Virus record (IMG/VR): IMGVR_UViG_3300025072_002799
Coordinates: 1 to 64,000 of that record
Direction: 5' to 3' (one strand)
Length of the DNA: 64,000 nucleotides
From: a virus
Position 1 is the stretch's first letter. Every line of letters begins with the position of its first letter. The notes under the pieces were generated by a model. The model searched no databases. It saw only the letters and a list, made by a program, of their open reading frames with translations, and had not been told where the DNA came from. Both the position numbers and the translations under genes were made by a program. Positions 1 to 8,018 of the stretch are shown here, piece by piece.

Positions 1-246
1 TTTCATCAAAAATGGGGATCTTATGTAGGAGTAATGACTCCAACGGTTTGTTTCATTGCACAAACATGAATGAGCAACAGGTGTAAGTGAACCATATCCA
101 GGGCAATTAGACGTATAAGTAATCGTATCAGTCTCAGCAGAGCCAGGACTTTTTTCAATGTAAATTTCCCACCCAGATTCTATCACATATCGCAACAGAC
201 TGTTTAGGGAATCTTTGGTGATCTTAGTTTCTAATTTGACATTCAT
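1..246 (-). CDS. hypothetical protein, 3' end runs off window (MNVKLETKITKDSLNSLLRY...)
   Basis: Manual translation: ATG at 246 and 82 open codons to the window edge; not in the ORF track. Confidence 0.6.
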   Translation of the reverse strand, partial: MNVKLETKITKDSLNSLLRYVIESGWEIYIEKSPGSAETDTITYTSNCPGYGSLTPVAHSCLCNETNRWSHYSYIRSPFLMK

Positions 247-260
247 CAGTTATCTTTCTT

Positions 261-289
261 TCGATCTGACATAAAATTAAAACGCCCCT
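261..289. repeat. 29-bp direct repeat, copy 1 (copy 2 at 732-760)
   Basis: TCGATCTGACATAAAATTAAAACGCCCCT is identical at both sites. Confidence 0.95.
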
Positions 290-296
290 CAATGAA

Positions 297-518
297 TCAA
301 TCATGTATAATACATCCAACAATTTCCTTAAACGTTGACTCTTCGCCATCTACATCCACAGAACACCATCCAAAAGCCTGAATTGTCTTTTCTCTTTCCG
401 TCATTACCACAATGAGTTGTCTTGCAGATGTTTTGCATCCTCGTCCAGCCTGAATTGTTAAAAGGTTTAGAATCGGAGTGTAAGCATCGTAAATTTCTTT
501 TATCTCTCTATAAATCAT
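297..518 (-). CDS. hypothetical protein
   Basis: 73-aa ORF with GGAG upstream, in a same-strand run. Confidence 0.6.
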   Translation of the reverse strand: MIYREIKEIYDAYTPILNLLTIQAGRGCKTSARQLIVVMTEREKTIQAFGWCSVDVDGEESTFKEIVGCIIHD

Positions 519-522
519 TGTG

Positions 523-548
523 TCTCTCCAGGGGGCGTTTTAATTTTA
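523..548. repeat. 26-bp direct repeat, copy 1 (copy 2 at 1289-1314)
   Basis: TCTCTCCAGGGGGCGTTTTAATTTTA is identical at both sites; it contains the inverted core of the 261/732 repeat. Confidence 0.95.
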
Positions 549-743
549 CTTTATCTTTAAGGCGTCTTTGCCAGAAGCGGTAATATACACATAGTAATCT
601 GAACACCCCAATTCCTCGCCAGTCTGAATCCACCCTCTTTCAAATAGAGATTTTATAGTAAGGCTATGCGCCCAAATCGGTATAGGAGAAGGTTTGGCTC
701 TATTGGCAATCCAACTCAGTAGTCTTTGTTGTCGATCTGACAT
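546..743 (-). CDS. small hypothetical protein, possible winged helix
   Basis: 65 aa; SLFERGWI...YITASGK resembles the C-terminal wing of a wHTH. Confidence 0.55.
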   Translation of the reverse strand: MSDRQQRLLSWIANRAKPSPIPIWAHSLTIKSLFERGWIQTGEELGCSDYYVYITASGKDALKIK

Positions 744-758
744 AAAATTAAAACGCCC

Positions 759-1106
759 CTATTCCAATATGTCTGGCAAGGCTTCAATGAATTCTTCTAA
801 TTGGTAATATTCCAGTAAAGGACAACTATGAACTTGTTCCCCCTCTGGGATTTCGTCTTTTTCAATAATTGTAGCTGCTTTGAATGCCTCTTCGAAAGAA
901 GACTTAAAAAGGTCATCTCCAATGTCATAAACATAAGAACCATAAATGAAATGATCTTTCTCCATATCACTAGGTTCTTCTGAATATCCCAAATCTGATC
1001 TATAGTAACAAATACTTGGCTCAGTGCGGAGAACCTTCCATTCCCCGTTTTCTTCGCCATAAACGCTTTTCTCGTACTCAAGTTTCAAAAACAACTGTAT
1101 CATCAA
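759..1106 (-). CDS. acidic hypothetical protein
   Basis: 115-aa ORF with AGGAG SD. Confidence 0.65.
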   Translation of the reverse strand: MMIQLFLKLEYEKSVYGEENGEWKVLRTEPSICYYRSDLGYSEEPSDMEKDHFIYGSYVYDIGDDLFKSSFEEAFKAATIIEKDEIPEGEQVHSCPLLEYYQLEEFIEALPDILE

Positions 1107-1115
1107 TGATCTCCT

Positions 1116-1373
1116 TTATCCAGACATTAAACTATATTGGCAATCTCCGTCTTCTAACCAAGACTTTGAACACCATACAGCGACCTTACTTGCAAATACG
1201 GGAGATCCACATTTAGGACACCAGTATTTCTTGTCCGTAACTATTGCATCTTCCTGAAAGATACTTTTTAACTCAGTTAATTTTTTAATCTCTCCAGGGG
1301 GCGTTTTAATTTTAAGTTCTTCTGTAGAAGGCGTTACATTCTCTTCGATACTCGTTGGGCTGTTGATAGCCAT
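1116..1373 (-). CDS. small zinc-ribbon protein
   Basis: CPKC...WCS...DC cysteine pattern. Confidence 0.55.
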   Translation of the reverse strand: MAINSPTSIEENVTPSTEELKIKTPPGEIKKLTELKSIFQEDAIVTDKKYWCPKCGSPVFASKVAVWCSKSWLEDGDCQYSLMSG

Positions 1374-1657
1374 GCCGGTGAGGTTAAAGGTGCGGAGGGT
1401 TCGAGGTGAGTCGGAAACCTCTGGGGGCGTTTCAATTAACTTAAACGTTGACTCCCCTCAATTCCCAGCAAAATAGGCGAATACCAGTTCATTTAAGTGA
1501 TTATACTTCATTTCGTCCTAAACGTAAACGATAATCCTAATTTTGTTCTAATTCGCCTTGAAATCTGCTAAAATGGGGGGTATAGGGGGGAAGTTGGTCG
1601 CATAAAATTTTGCCTCTGGCAAAAATTTTGACGCCCAAGGAACGCTAAATATATGAA

Positions 1658-1921
1658 TCAAAGAACTTCGTTATGCGGGTTGACGGGCAGGTAATATTCC
1701 GGTCTTTCTGGATCATAATCTCGTCTCCACGGATAATTTGGTCCAGCCCTTGACCCTATTTTGAAGTAAGCAACGGCAATAAGGCATGAAAAGCCGAACG
1801 TCGCATAAGCAATCAACGAAAAAGGGGATTTGAGTAAAATGGAAGTAAAAAATAACGCTCCTGACAGGCAGACAAACGCTGCAATTGACCAGTCACGAGT
1901 TGTTCTAATGTATTTGCACAT
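1658..1921 (-). CDS. small membrane protein (MCKYIR...)
   Basis: Restarted at ATG 1921 (TAATG overlap with the upstream stop); two hydrophobic helices. Confidence 0.65.
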   Translation of the reverse strand: MCKYIRTTRDWSIAAFVCLSGALFFTSILLKSPFSLIAYATFGFSCLIAVAYFKIGSRAGPNYPWRRDYDPERPEYYLPVNPHNEVL

Positions 1922-2037
1922 TACCATTCTTCTCCACGATTTCTTCTGCATGTTTGGCATGGGCACCAACGCCAAGGAAGCACAGCATTGGCGATCACAG
2001 TTAGGTTCGTTAATAATTTTCGTAGTTTTAAACACAT
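1921..2037 (-). CDS. 38-aa Cys-rich microprotein (MCLKLRKLL...WCPCQTCRR)
   Basis: Manual translation; lies between adjacent coupled ORFs. Confidence 0.5.
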   Translation of the reverse strand: MCLKLRKLLTNLTVIANAVLPWRWCPCQTCRRNRGEEW

Positions 2038-2039
2038 AA

Positions 2040-2216
2040 TTAAAACGCCCTTGTGTTGTTGTAAGCATTTGCAACAAAAAACATTGTGACGATAAATGTC
2101 AAAAACACCAACAACAATACGCTTGCTAATGAGGAAAATACAGCCAGCAATGTCCACAGTCCCATACCAAGTATGAATAATGCTAACATTGCTGACATTA
2201 CGTGCGGACAACTCAT
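2040..2216 (-). CDS. 58-aa membrane microprotein (MSCPHVMSAMLALFILG...)
   Basis: Manual translation, below the ORF-track cutoff; ATGA overlap with 2213..2458; strongly hydrophobic. Confidence 0.6.
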   Translation of the reverse strand: MSCPHVMSAMLALFILGMGLWTLLAVFSSLASVLLLVFLTFIVTMFFVANAYNNTRAF

Positions 2217-2458
2217 TCTTCTTCCTCACGTTCTCTCAAAAAACGATTGTAGTATTCTGCCACCACCAAATGTTGATGAATAAACCAACAGATTAAGGAA
2301 AATGAAAACGTTGAAAACGACGCAATAAAAACCCATGTTCTAGCATTATCCCCTATGGGAAGGAATGTCAATACTAAAATTAGGATTGACACCAACAGCC
2401 CATATGAGTCAAAGAACTTCGATCCATATTTTATAACGGTTCTAATGAGTGGGCACAT
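2213..2458 (-). CDS. small membrane protein (MCPLIR...)
   Basis: 81 aa, two TM-like helices. Confidence 0.7.
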   Translation of the reverse strand: MCPLIRTVIKYGSKFFDSYGLLVSILILVLTFLPIGDNARTWVFIASFSTFSFSLICWFIHQHLVVAEYYNRFLREREEEE

Positions 2459-2462
2459 TTTA

Positions 2463-2611
2463 TTAAGGTCGCGGAACTGTCAAAACAACAATATGACGCA
2501 TATCCCTGTGATGATAAGTGAAAGTGTTACAAATTCAAATAACCACGAATTGTTCTTTGGAGGAATGTCTTTGTTTTCATTGTGGCATTTTGGTGATTCA
2601 TATGGATTCAT
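2463..2611 (-). pseudogene. frameshifted small membrane protein (MNPYESPK.../KQDIPPKNNSWLFEFV...)
   Basis: Span is 149 nt, one short of 50 codons; one extra A in the A4 run at 2574-2577 joins the two frames. Confidence 0.5.
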
Positions 2612-2889
2612 TAAAGATCATCTCTACTCATTTCCCAAAGCAACATAAAAAACATTATGGCGAATATTGTAAGTGTTGTTGAGATTACGTCCGCCCAATG
2701 AAATTCGTCACCGAACATCCAAAACACTGCCATAGATATAAAAGTGATAAAAGAAGACACAGATGAAATTAACATCCATGTCATAAAATAAATGGTTATC
2801 TTTTCACCAAATACTTTAGACACTTTATTTACCAATGCCGAAAACACAAACCATAGAGAATCTAGTCCTTTTTTGATTACTGGGCACAT
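2611..2889 (-). CDS. small membrane protein (MCPVIKK...)
   Basis: 92 aa, TM helices; paralogue of 2890..3126. Confidence 0.75.
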   Translation of the reverse strand: MCPVIKKGLDSLWFVFSALVNKVSKVFGEKITIYFMTWMLISSVSSFITFISMAVFWMFGDEFHWADVISTTLTIFAIMFFMLLWEMSRDDL

Positions 2890-3126
2890 TTAATAATTGT
2901 CCATCGGAAAGAAAAACTCCCACGCTGTCAAAGCAAACGCCAATATTCCAGCCAAGCAAAAACACATTAAAACATCTGAGAAACACATTAAACTTGTATC
3001 TCTACAAAAATCCACGATTGCCATGGTGACACAAATCATCCCAGATAATGAAAATGTAAGAATAAACCAAACTACAACAAATACAGCTAATCTGCTTTCT
3101 GTTGCCTTTTTTATTATTGGGCACAT
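2890..3126 (-). CDS. small membrane protein (MCPIIKK...)
   Basis: 78 aa, TM helices. Confidence 0.75.
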   Translation of the reverse strand: MCPIIKKATESRLAVFVVVWFILTFSLSGMICVTMAIVDFCRDTSLMCFSDVLMCFCLAGILAFALTAWEFFFPMDNY

Positions 3127-3170
3127 ATCAGTCTTTCAGTGTGTTAATTTATTAAATCGGCGGAAAGGCA

Positions 3171-3533
3171 TTAATAGTCTTTCTTTCTTCTTGATTCTTC
3201 TTTTAGAAACTGGGTACGTCTTTTGTCTTCGGCACGTTGTTCTTTTGTTGGGTTAATAATACGTTCACTATAATCTATAACATTTCGTCCATCATCGTAA
3301 GTTTTAAACGATGCAAATTTATCCGTGACAACAACTGACAAATCATGATGTAATATTTCATAATCCGTGAACCCTTTGTGCTTTCCATCTTCATCTTTGT
3401 GATAAATACGGAAGACTTTTTTACTTGTATTTACAATTGGAATTCCATCATCTGTAGTCTCATCAGTTGGTTCAAAACAAGAAATAATCATCCCTTGTAC
3501 GCCATCTGCTGGATTCTCTTTTACTTTTCTCAT
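3171..3533 (-). CDS. hypothetical protein
   Basis: 120-aa ORF. Confidence 0.7.
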   Translation of the reverse strand: MRKVKENPADGVQGMIISCFEPTDETTDDGIPIVNTSKKVFRIYHKDEDGKHKGFTDYEILHHDLSVVVTDKFASFKTYDDGRNVIDYSERIINPTKEQRAEDKRRTQFLKEESRRKKDY

Positions 3534-3650
3534 TTAAAGTAGTATTTTAAGGCTCTGTCAGCCTGTTTTGAAGGATTGCAGAGATTTTATGGCTCCACAC
3601 TCAATTTAGCCCCGCAAAGCCTCTAATGAGCCTTGTGGGGCGTTTTAATT

Positions 3651-4064
3651 TTACATTTTTTCTTGCATAATTTCAAATTCGGCTTGAACCAGTTCAATAT
3701 CAAACATTAATACTGGTCCGTCAAATAAGGTGAGTCCAAAACTTTCGACTTTCACCTTTAATGTTTCATCAAAATAAACTGTATAAAGGTAATCTTCTCC
3801 GCAGTTTCTTGTACCGCTTGGATATAAGTAAAAGCCTCCTGCCTCATCTTTGAAATGTGTTACTAGTTGAGCAGCCAAGCATCCCATTCCATTGGCGGTT
3901 TTGCCTTCACCCCCTCTTAGACCATTTACAATTTCCATATCTTCAAGGAAGTCTTTAAGTTCTTTTCCATGTCCGTCCAAATACCCGTCATATTGACGAT
4001 AAAGAACAATAATGTCTTCTTCATTGTTTTGGTCTTTGACTACTGTTAAGCATCTTGTTCCCAT
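3651..4064 (-). CDS. conserved phage hypothetical protein
   Basis: MGTR...YRQYDGY...GHG motif typical of a widespread phage family; AGGA SD. Confidence 0.75.
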   Translation of the reverse strand: MGTRCLTVVKDQNNEEDIIVLYRQYDGYLDGHGKELKDFLEDMEIVNGLRGGEGKTANGMGCLAAQLVTHFKDEAGGFYLYPSGTRNCGEDYLYTVYFDETLKVKVESFGLTLFDGPVLMFDIELVQAEFEIMQEKM

Positions 4065-4075
4065 GATAGTTTCCT

Positions 4076-4369
4076 TTAATAAAGTTCAGTTTTTGATATA
4101 AAAAACATGCATTTACATTTTTTACAAAACATCCTAACAATGTATTTCTTTGCTCTTTTTCCATCTACCATCGTCTCGTTTTCATCTACTGCTTTATCAG
4201 TAAACACATCTTCTGTACATTCTGGGCATTGAATTTGCTTGTAATCATTTATCCACCACGTCCCATGGCTGATCACTGTTACTGCTGGTGGTGGGGAAAC
4301 ATCTTCTTCTTCAGTCATTTTTGTCCATGCTTTGAACATATCATTAATCATTTTGCACCAATTCAACAT
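4076..4369 (-). CDS. zinc-ribbon protein
   Basis: CPEC and CKKC pairs. Confidence 0.65.
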   Translation of the reverse strand: MLNWCKMINDMFKAWTKMTEEEDVSPPPAVTVISHGTWWINDYKQIQCPECTEDVFTDKAVDENETMVDGKRAKKYIVRMFCKKCKCMFFISKTELY

Positions 4370-4577
4370 GTTCTGCCAACACGCCTACATCTTTGATCTC
4401 CAAAAACGTTTCTAAATAAACAAACTTATCATCAAAACGACTAACTGGGAGCCATGCTCCATGATTTTTAAGTGCATCAACCAACTCTATGCATGTATTG
4501 GTTGGAGCGCCGTGATCCAAGATGACCTCCAAAATGTCTTCTGAAATGACATCTTTTTTAAGTCTAGCTTCAATCAT
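4344..4577 (-). CDS. hypothetical protein
   Basis: 77 aa; ATGA overlap with the coaC fusion. Confidence 0.6.
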   Translation of the reverse strand: MIEARLKKDVISEDILEVILDHGAPTNTCIELVDALKNHGAWLPVSRFDDKFVYLETFLEIKDVGVLAEHVELVQND

Positions 4578-5644
4578 CCAACTGACGCTCCTGATTCATT
4601 ATCCCAAGTTAACGTATTGGTTGGTGCGTTTGACGCTTGTATTAGATTTTGAGTTGGATCTAGCAAATCTGGATTTTTTTGTGGGTCATGCCAATTTGCA
4701 TAATCGCGAGTGCCAGGTTTATACAATTCAATATGAAGCATCGAAGTGCTATGACCAGGAATGTCTGGTCTATGTCGATCTTCGAAAAGAACTCTTTTAA
4801 CGGCTCCAATACGTTGCCCTCTCTTTACAGGCTCTCCTACCTTCAGTTCTGGGGAAACTTCTCCATAATTAACAACGCCGCTTGCACCTTCAATCATAAC
4901 TCCATAAGTTTCTTCCCACCAACTATGACCAACAGCAGGACCAGTAAACACGTCCGCTTTAACAACGATGCCATCTTCTACAGCGACAACTTCTTGTCCG
5001 TCATTGCAATAAAGATCTACGCCAGTGTGATGATTTTTCTTTCGATGAAATCCAAATGCTCCTGGGTGGTGATTGATAGGAATCCCATTACATTGTTCTA
5101 ATGGAAATTGCCATCTTAAGGAATTTTTTACATTTCGCACAATAGATTCAACAGAAGCCATTGCTCCAATTCCAACATCTCCACACGCCAGCTTCTTGCT
5201 TACAGGAGGGTCCATGAAAACGCCCCTATTTTGCAATGATTCAATTTGCATTCCTGTAGGATGATTATTCCACATCATTGTGTTCATTGCTGGCGCTACG
5301 ACAACTGGGTTTTTCCAATCCCATGCCCTATACAAGCAAGTCAGCAAATTGTCGCATATGCCATTATGAAGCTTTGCCAATGTGTTGGCTCCAAGAGGTG
5401 CAATGACAAGGCAAGATGCCCAATTCCTTAACTCGATATGTAAGATTGGATCACCAAGTTTATAATCATCTTTCCACTCATCTGCATCTTGGTACACTGG
5501 AAAGTTGATGTCTTTTGGGAAGAATTGCATCGCAGAAGAAGTTGCGACTATTCGAACTTCTCCAATTTCGCTTAGTGCTGATGCCAATTCATTCACTTTA
5601 ATAGCAGCAACACTTCCTGTTACTCCAAGAATGATGTTACGCAT
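4574..5644 (-). CDS. coaC: phosphopantothenoylcysteine decarboxylase (HFCD flavoprotein) fused to an M23 peptidase-like domain
   Basis: IILGVTGSVAA, HIELRNWA, PAMNTMMW and LACGDVGIG motifs; C-terminal HTGVDL and LHIEL M23 motifs; start moved to MRNIILG. Confidence 0.85.
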   Translation of the reverse strand: MRNIILGVTGSVAAIKVNELASALSEIGEVRIVATSSAMQFFPKDINFPVYQDADEWKDDYKLGDPILHIELRNWASCLVIAPLGANTLAKLHNGICDNLLTCLYRAWDWKNPVVVAPAMNTMMWNNHPTGMQIESLQNRGVFMDPPVSKKLACGDVGIGAMASVESIVRNVKNSLRWQFPLEQCNGIPINHHPGAFGFHRKKNHHTGVDLYCNDGQEVVAVEDGIVVKADVFTGPAVGHSWWEETYGVMIEGASGVVNYGEVSPELKVGEPVKRGQRIGAVKRVLFEDRHRPDIPGHSTSMLHIELYKPGTRDYANWHDPQKNPDLLDPTQNLIQASNAPTNTLTWDNESGASVG

Positions 5645-6350
5645 TTGCAAGCTCCTCAATGCTATTAACAACTCCCTCAACTTGTTCTGCTTTTAGGATG
5701 TTTATTTTATCACGTTCAACCAACAGAACTTCATGATTCCCTGCTTTCAAAGAATTTAAGTCGTTTGCAATCACCAGATCACATCCATTACCTTCAATGC
5801 TTTTCATAGCCGCTTCGATTAACTCTTCTTGTGGAACGCCAACAAGAAGTTTGAATCCAACCAAGAACGTTGAAGGGTGCCATTCCTTTACTTTAGAAAT
5901 GATCTTTTCTGCTGGATGAAGTTCAATAGACATTTCATCTTGAGATCTAGCCTTTTCTTCTGACTTTTTCACAACATAGTCGCTGACTGCTGCTGCCAAC
6001 AGAACGACATCTGGTTTCTGTTCTTTTATTAGTTTTTCAAGACCACTTCTATAGTCTTCATAATTTCGGAACTGGCTCTCTTGATATTGGTCTTGTTTCT
6101 TCCAGCACCAATGAGCGTGATCTTGAAACCGATCCACTTGAACAATTGGATTTACGTTATCTGAGGCGAAATCATATTCAAACTTAAATGGAGTGCGTGA
6201 ACGCTTTGCGCAAAAAAGGTGAACTTCATGATCTTTATCAAGAAATTGTTTTGCAAGTTTTGAACCAAAAGTCCCATTGCTCAAATTCGTTATATCTCTA
6301 ACTGGGTCAATAGGAACCTTTGTCCCTCCACTCGTGATTAGAACCTTCAT
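5637..6350 (-). CDS. coaB: phosphopantothenoylcysteine synthetase (DFP domain)
   Basis: VLITSGGT..PIDPVR.ITN.S.G, AAAVSDY, LVGFKL and ANDL motifs. Confidence 0.9.
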   Translation of the reverse strand: MKVLITSGGTKVPIDPVRDITNLSNGTFGSKLAKQFLDKDHEVHLFCAKRSRTPFKFEYDFASDNVNPIVQVDRFQDHAHWCWKKQDQYQESQFRNYEDYRSGLEKLIKEQKPDVVLLAAAVSDYVVKKSEEKARSQDEMSIELHPAEKIISKVKEWHPSTFLVGFKLLVGVPQEELIEAAMKSIEGNGCDLVIANDLNSLKAGNHEVLLVERDKINILKAEQVEGVVNSIEELANA

Positions 6351-6598
6351 ACTACTGTTAATTCAATGTATTCAGATGGGAAAAGATACGTTTCGTCGTA
6401 TGTGGCTACTGAAACCCAGCAGTCATCGAATGAATCAACGTCAAATTCGACACCTTGATCTTTGAATCCTTTTATCTGGTTAATTGTCCAATGATCCGGC
6501 TCACCTACCATTGCTTTCGCAAATTGATAAGGAGTGGCAGTTTTCTTGATTTTCGCTTTAATGGATGACATTTGCAGTCCGTTTGGGGGGTAGATCAC
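6347..6598 (-). CDS. hypothetical protein
   Basis: 83-aa ORF; ATGA overlap with coaB. Confidence 0.55.
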   Translation of the reverse strand: MIYPPNGLQMSSIKAKIKKTATPYQFAKAMVGEPDHWTINQIKGFKDQGVEFDVDSFDDCWVSVATYDETYLFPSEYIELTVV

Positions 6599-6648
6599 AA
6601 AACAGTTTACGTTCCATTATACTTCAAAAAATGGACTTTGTTAAGTCC

Positions 6649-6682
6649 AAAAAAAAACGCTCGCTATTTTTCAAGCGAGCGT
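6649..6682 (-). terminator. intrinsic terminator
   Basis: ACGCTCGCT/AGCGAGCGT stem followed by a T-run on the minus strand. Confidence 0.8.
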
Positions 6683-6716
6683 CTTTGGGCAACGTTCTCA
6701 ACATTCTTCTATGTTG

Positions 6717-6977
6717 TTATGTTATTGGCTCATAAGGTTCATCAGCTATGTCTGCCATTGCATCACTCAATAAATTTGCAGCAAATGCAATTCCGGCCTT
6801 TTGTGCCTCTTCTGCGGTTTTGAAGTGCTTAACCATACATTGTTCCATTAATCTACGTCTACCAAACGATACAGTCCAAGTGCCTTCATCTCGTCCACTA
6901 GAATGAGTCACAGACAAAACAAACATCCCTATTTTTGTCGTATAACAATCTGGTTTTGGGTTAGCTGTCCAATCCAT
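6717..6977 (-). CDS. hypothetical protein
   Basis: 86 aa; AGGAG SD. Confidence 0.65.
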   Translation of the reverse strand: MDWTANPKPDCYTTKIGMFVLSVTHSSGRDEGTWTVSFGRRRLMEQCMVKHFKTAEEAQKAGIAFAANLLSDAMADIADEPYEPIT

Positions 6978-6986
6978 ATAGGCTCC

Positions 6987-7214
6987 TTATTCAAAAGTTT
7001 CTCCGTTATTAAGACCTTCTATAACCTCTTCCATGACTTCCAATGCTTGTTGTGGCGAAAATCTTCTTCCGACTAATTTCAAGTCACTGACAGATACATC
7101 TTCTACATTGCGTGCATCGCCTTCAACCATAAATACTAATCCTGCAAAGGAATCTCTTCTCATAAGTTCATCAACAAGTTCTTCATTGGTGAGGTATTCT
7201 GCTGGTATTTCCAT
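6987..7214 (-). CDS. hypothetical protein
   Basis: 75-aa ORF in an operon-like run. Confidence 0.65.
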   Translation of the reverse strand: MEIPAEYLTNEELVDELMRRDSFAGLVFMVEGDARNVEDVSVSDLKLVGRRFSPQQALEVMEEVIEGLNNGETFE

Positions 7215-7216
7215 TT

Positions 7217-7828
7217 TTATCCAAACTCAACCGTGACTTCAACACTTGTTCTTAATGTAGGTACACGAATGAAATTAATTAAATTAAGTTTTTTTGCTTG
7301 TTGAGCGGTAAGATACCATTCGGCATGTCCTTTTTCATGGATTTCTTTACTAAAGAAATTTCTATCTTGTCCACAATTTTTGTCCATCATGTTGAATATC
7401 ATCTTATTTAGCCGGTCTGTCTCAGAAGCCTCCGCTTTAATTTCTTCATTTTTTCCTGCCGCCATATTAGACACATCATGGATCATTATTCTTGAATTTA
7501 CATCACAATAACGATGCCCTTCTGTTCCAAAGCTCAATAAAATACTCCCGCACGACATTGCTTTCCCTTGGCAAATAGTTGCAACAGGGACTTCTGCATT
7601 TTGAATTTCAGAAATCATATGAATCAAGGCGTCTACTTGTCCTCCATACGAGTCAATGACAATTGGTATGATTGGTTGACCTGATTGATGTGCTTTTTGC
7701 ATGTCTAGTGAAAACGTCTTAGCAGATGCTTCTTTGAATTCATTTACATGAATTACAACCGGAAGATCCATAGGAACATCATTCTTCTTTAGCTTTAGCC
7801 TGGGGTCTATTGTCAGAAGATTTTTCAT
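7217..7828 (-). CDS. clpP: ClpP-family protease subunit
   Basis: IDSYGG, AMSCG (catalytic Ser) and IMIH (catalytic His) motifs. Confidence 0.85.
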   Translation of the reverse strand: MKNLLTIDPRLKLKKNDVPMDLPVVIHVNEFKEASAKTFSLDMQKAHQSGQPIIPIVIDSYGGQVDALIHMISEIQNAEVPVATICQGKAMSCGSILLSFGTEGHRYCDVNSRIMIHDVSNMAAGKNEEIKAEASETDRLNKMIFNMMDKNCGQDRNFFSKEIHEKGHAEWYLTAQQAKKLNLINFIRVPTLRTSVEVTVEFG

Positions 7829-8018
7829 TTTTAGCCAGTTCTGTTAGTGAATTTATTTTATTTTCAAGTTCATCTATTCTACTTTCAGATTCAATAAATC
7901 TTTCAGCGAATATACGTTCTAATTTAGTTGTAAGAGTGCATTCTTCCCACGTTTCTAAGTTTCTCAAAACAACTGGGTAGCTTCGTGTTGATATTTCATA
8001 CTTCGGCATTTTTGGCAA
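7779..8018 (-). CDS. hypothetical coiled-coil protein
   Basis: 79-aa ORF filling the gap between flanking genes. Confidence 0.55.
   Translation of the reverse strand: MPKMPKYEISTRSYPVVLRNLETWEECTLTTKLERIFAERFIESESRIDELENKINSLTELAKNEKSSDNRPQAKAKEE

Noticed and set aside
1658-2229. ORF-track calls 1658..2077 and 1921..2229
   Set aside because: Better explained as three coupled ORFs (1658-1921, 1921-2037, 2040-2216) with ATG starts and no long overlaps.
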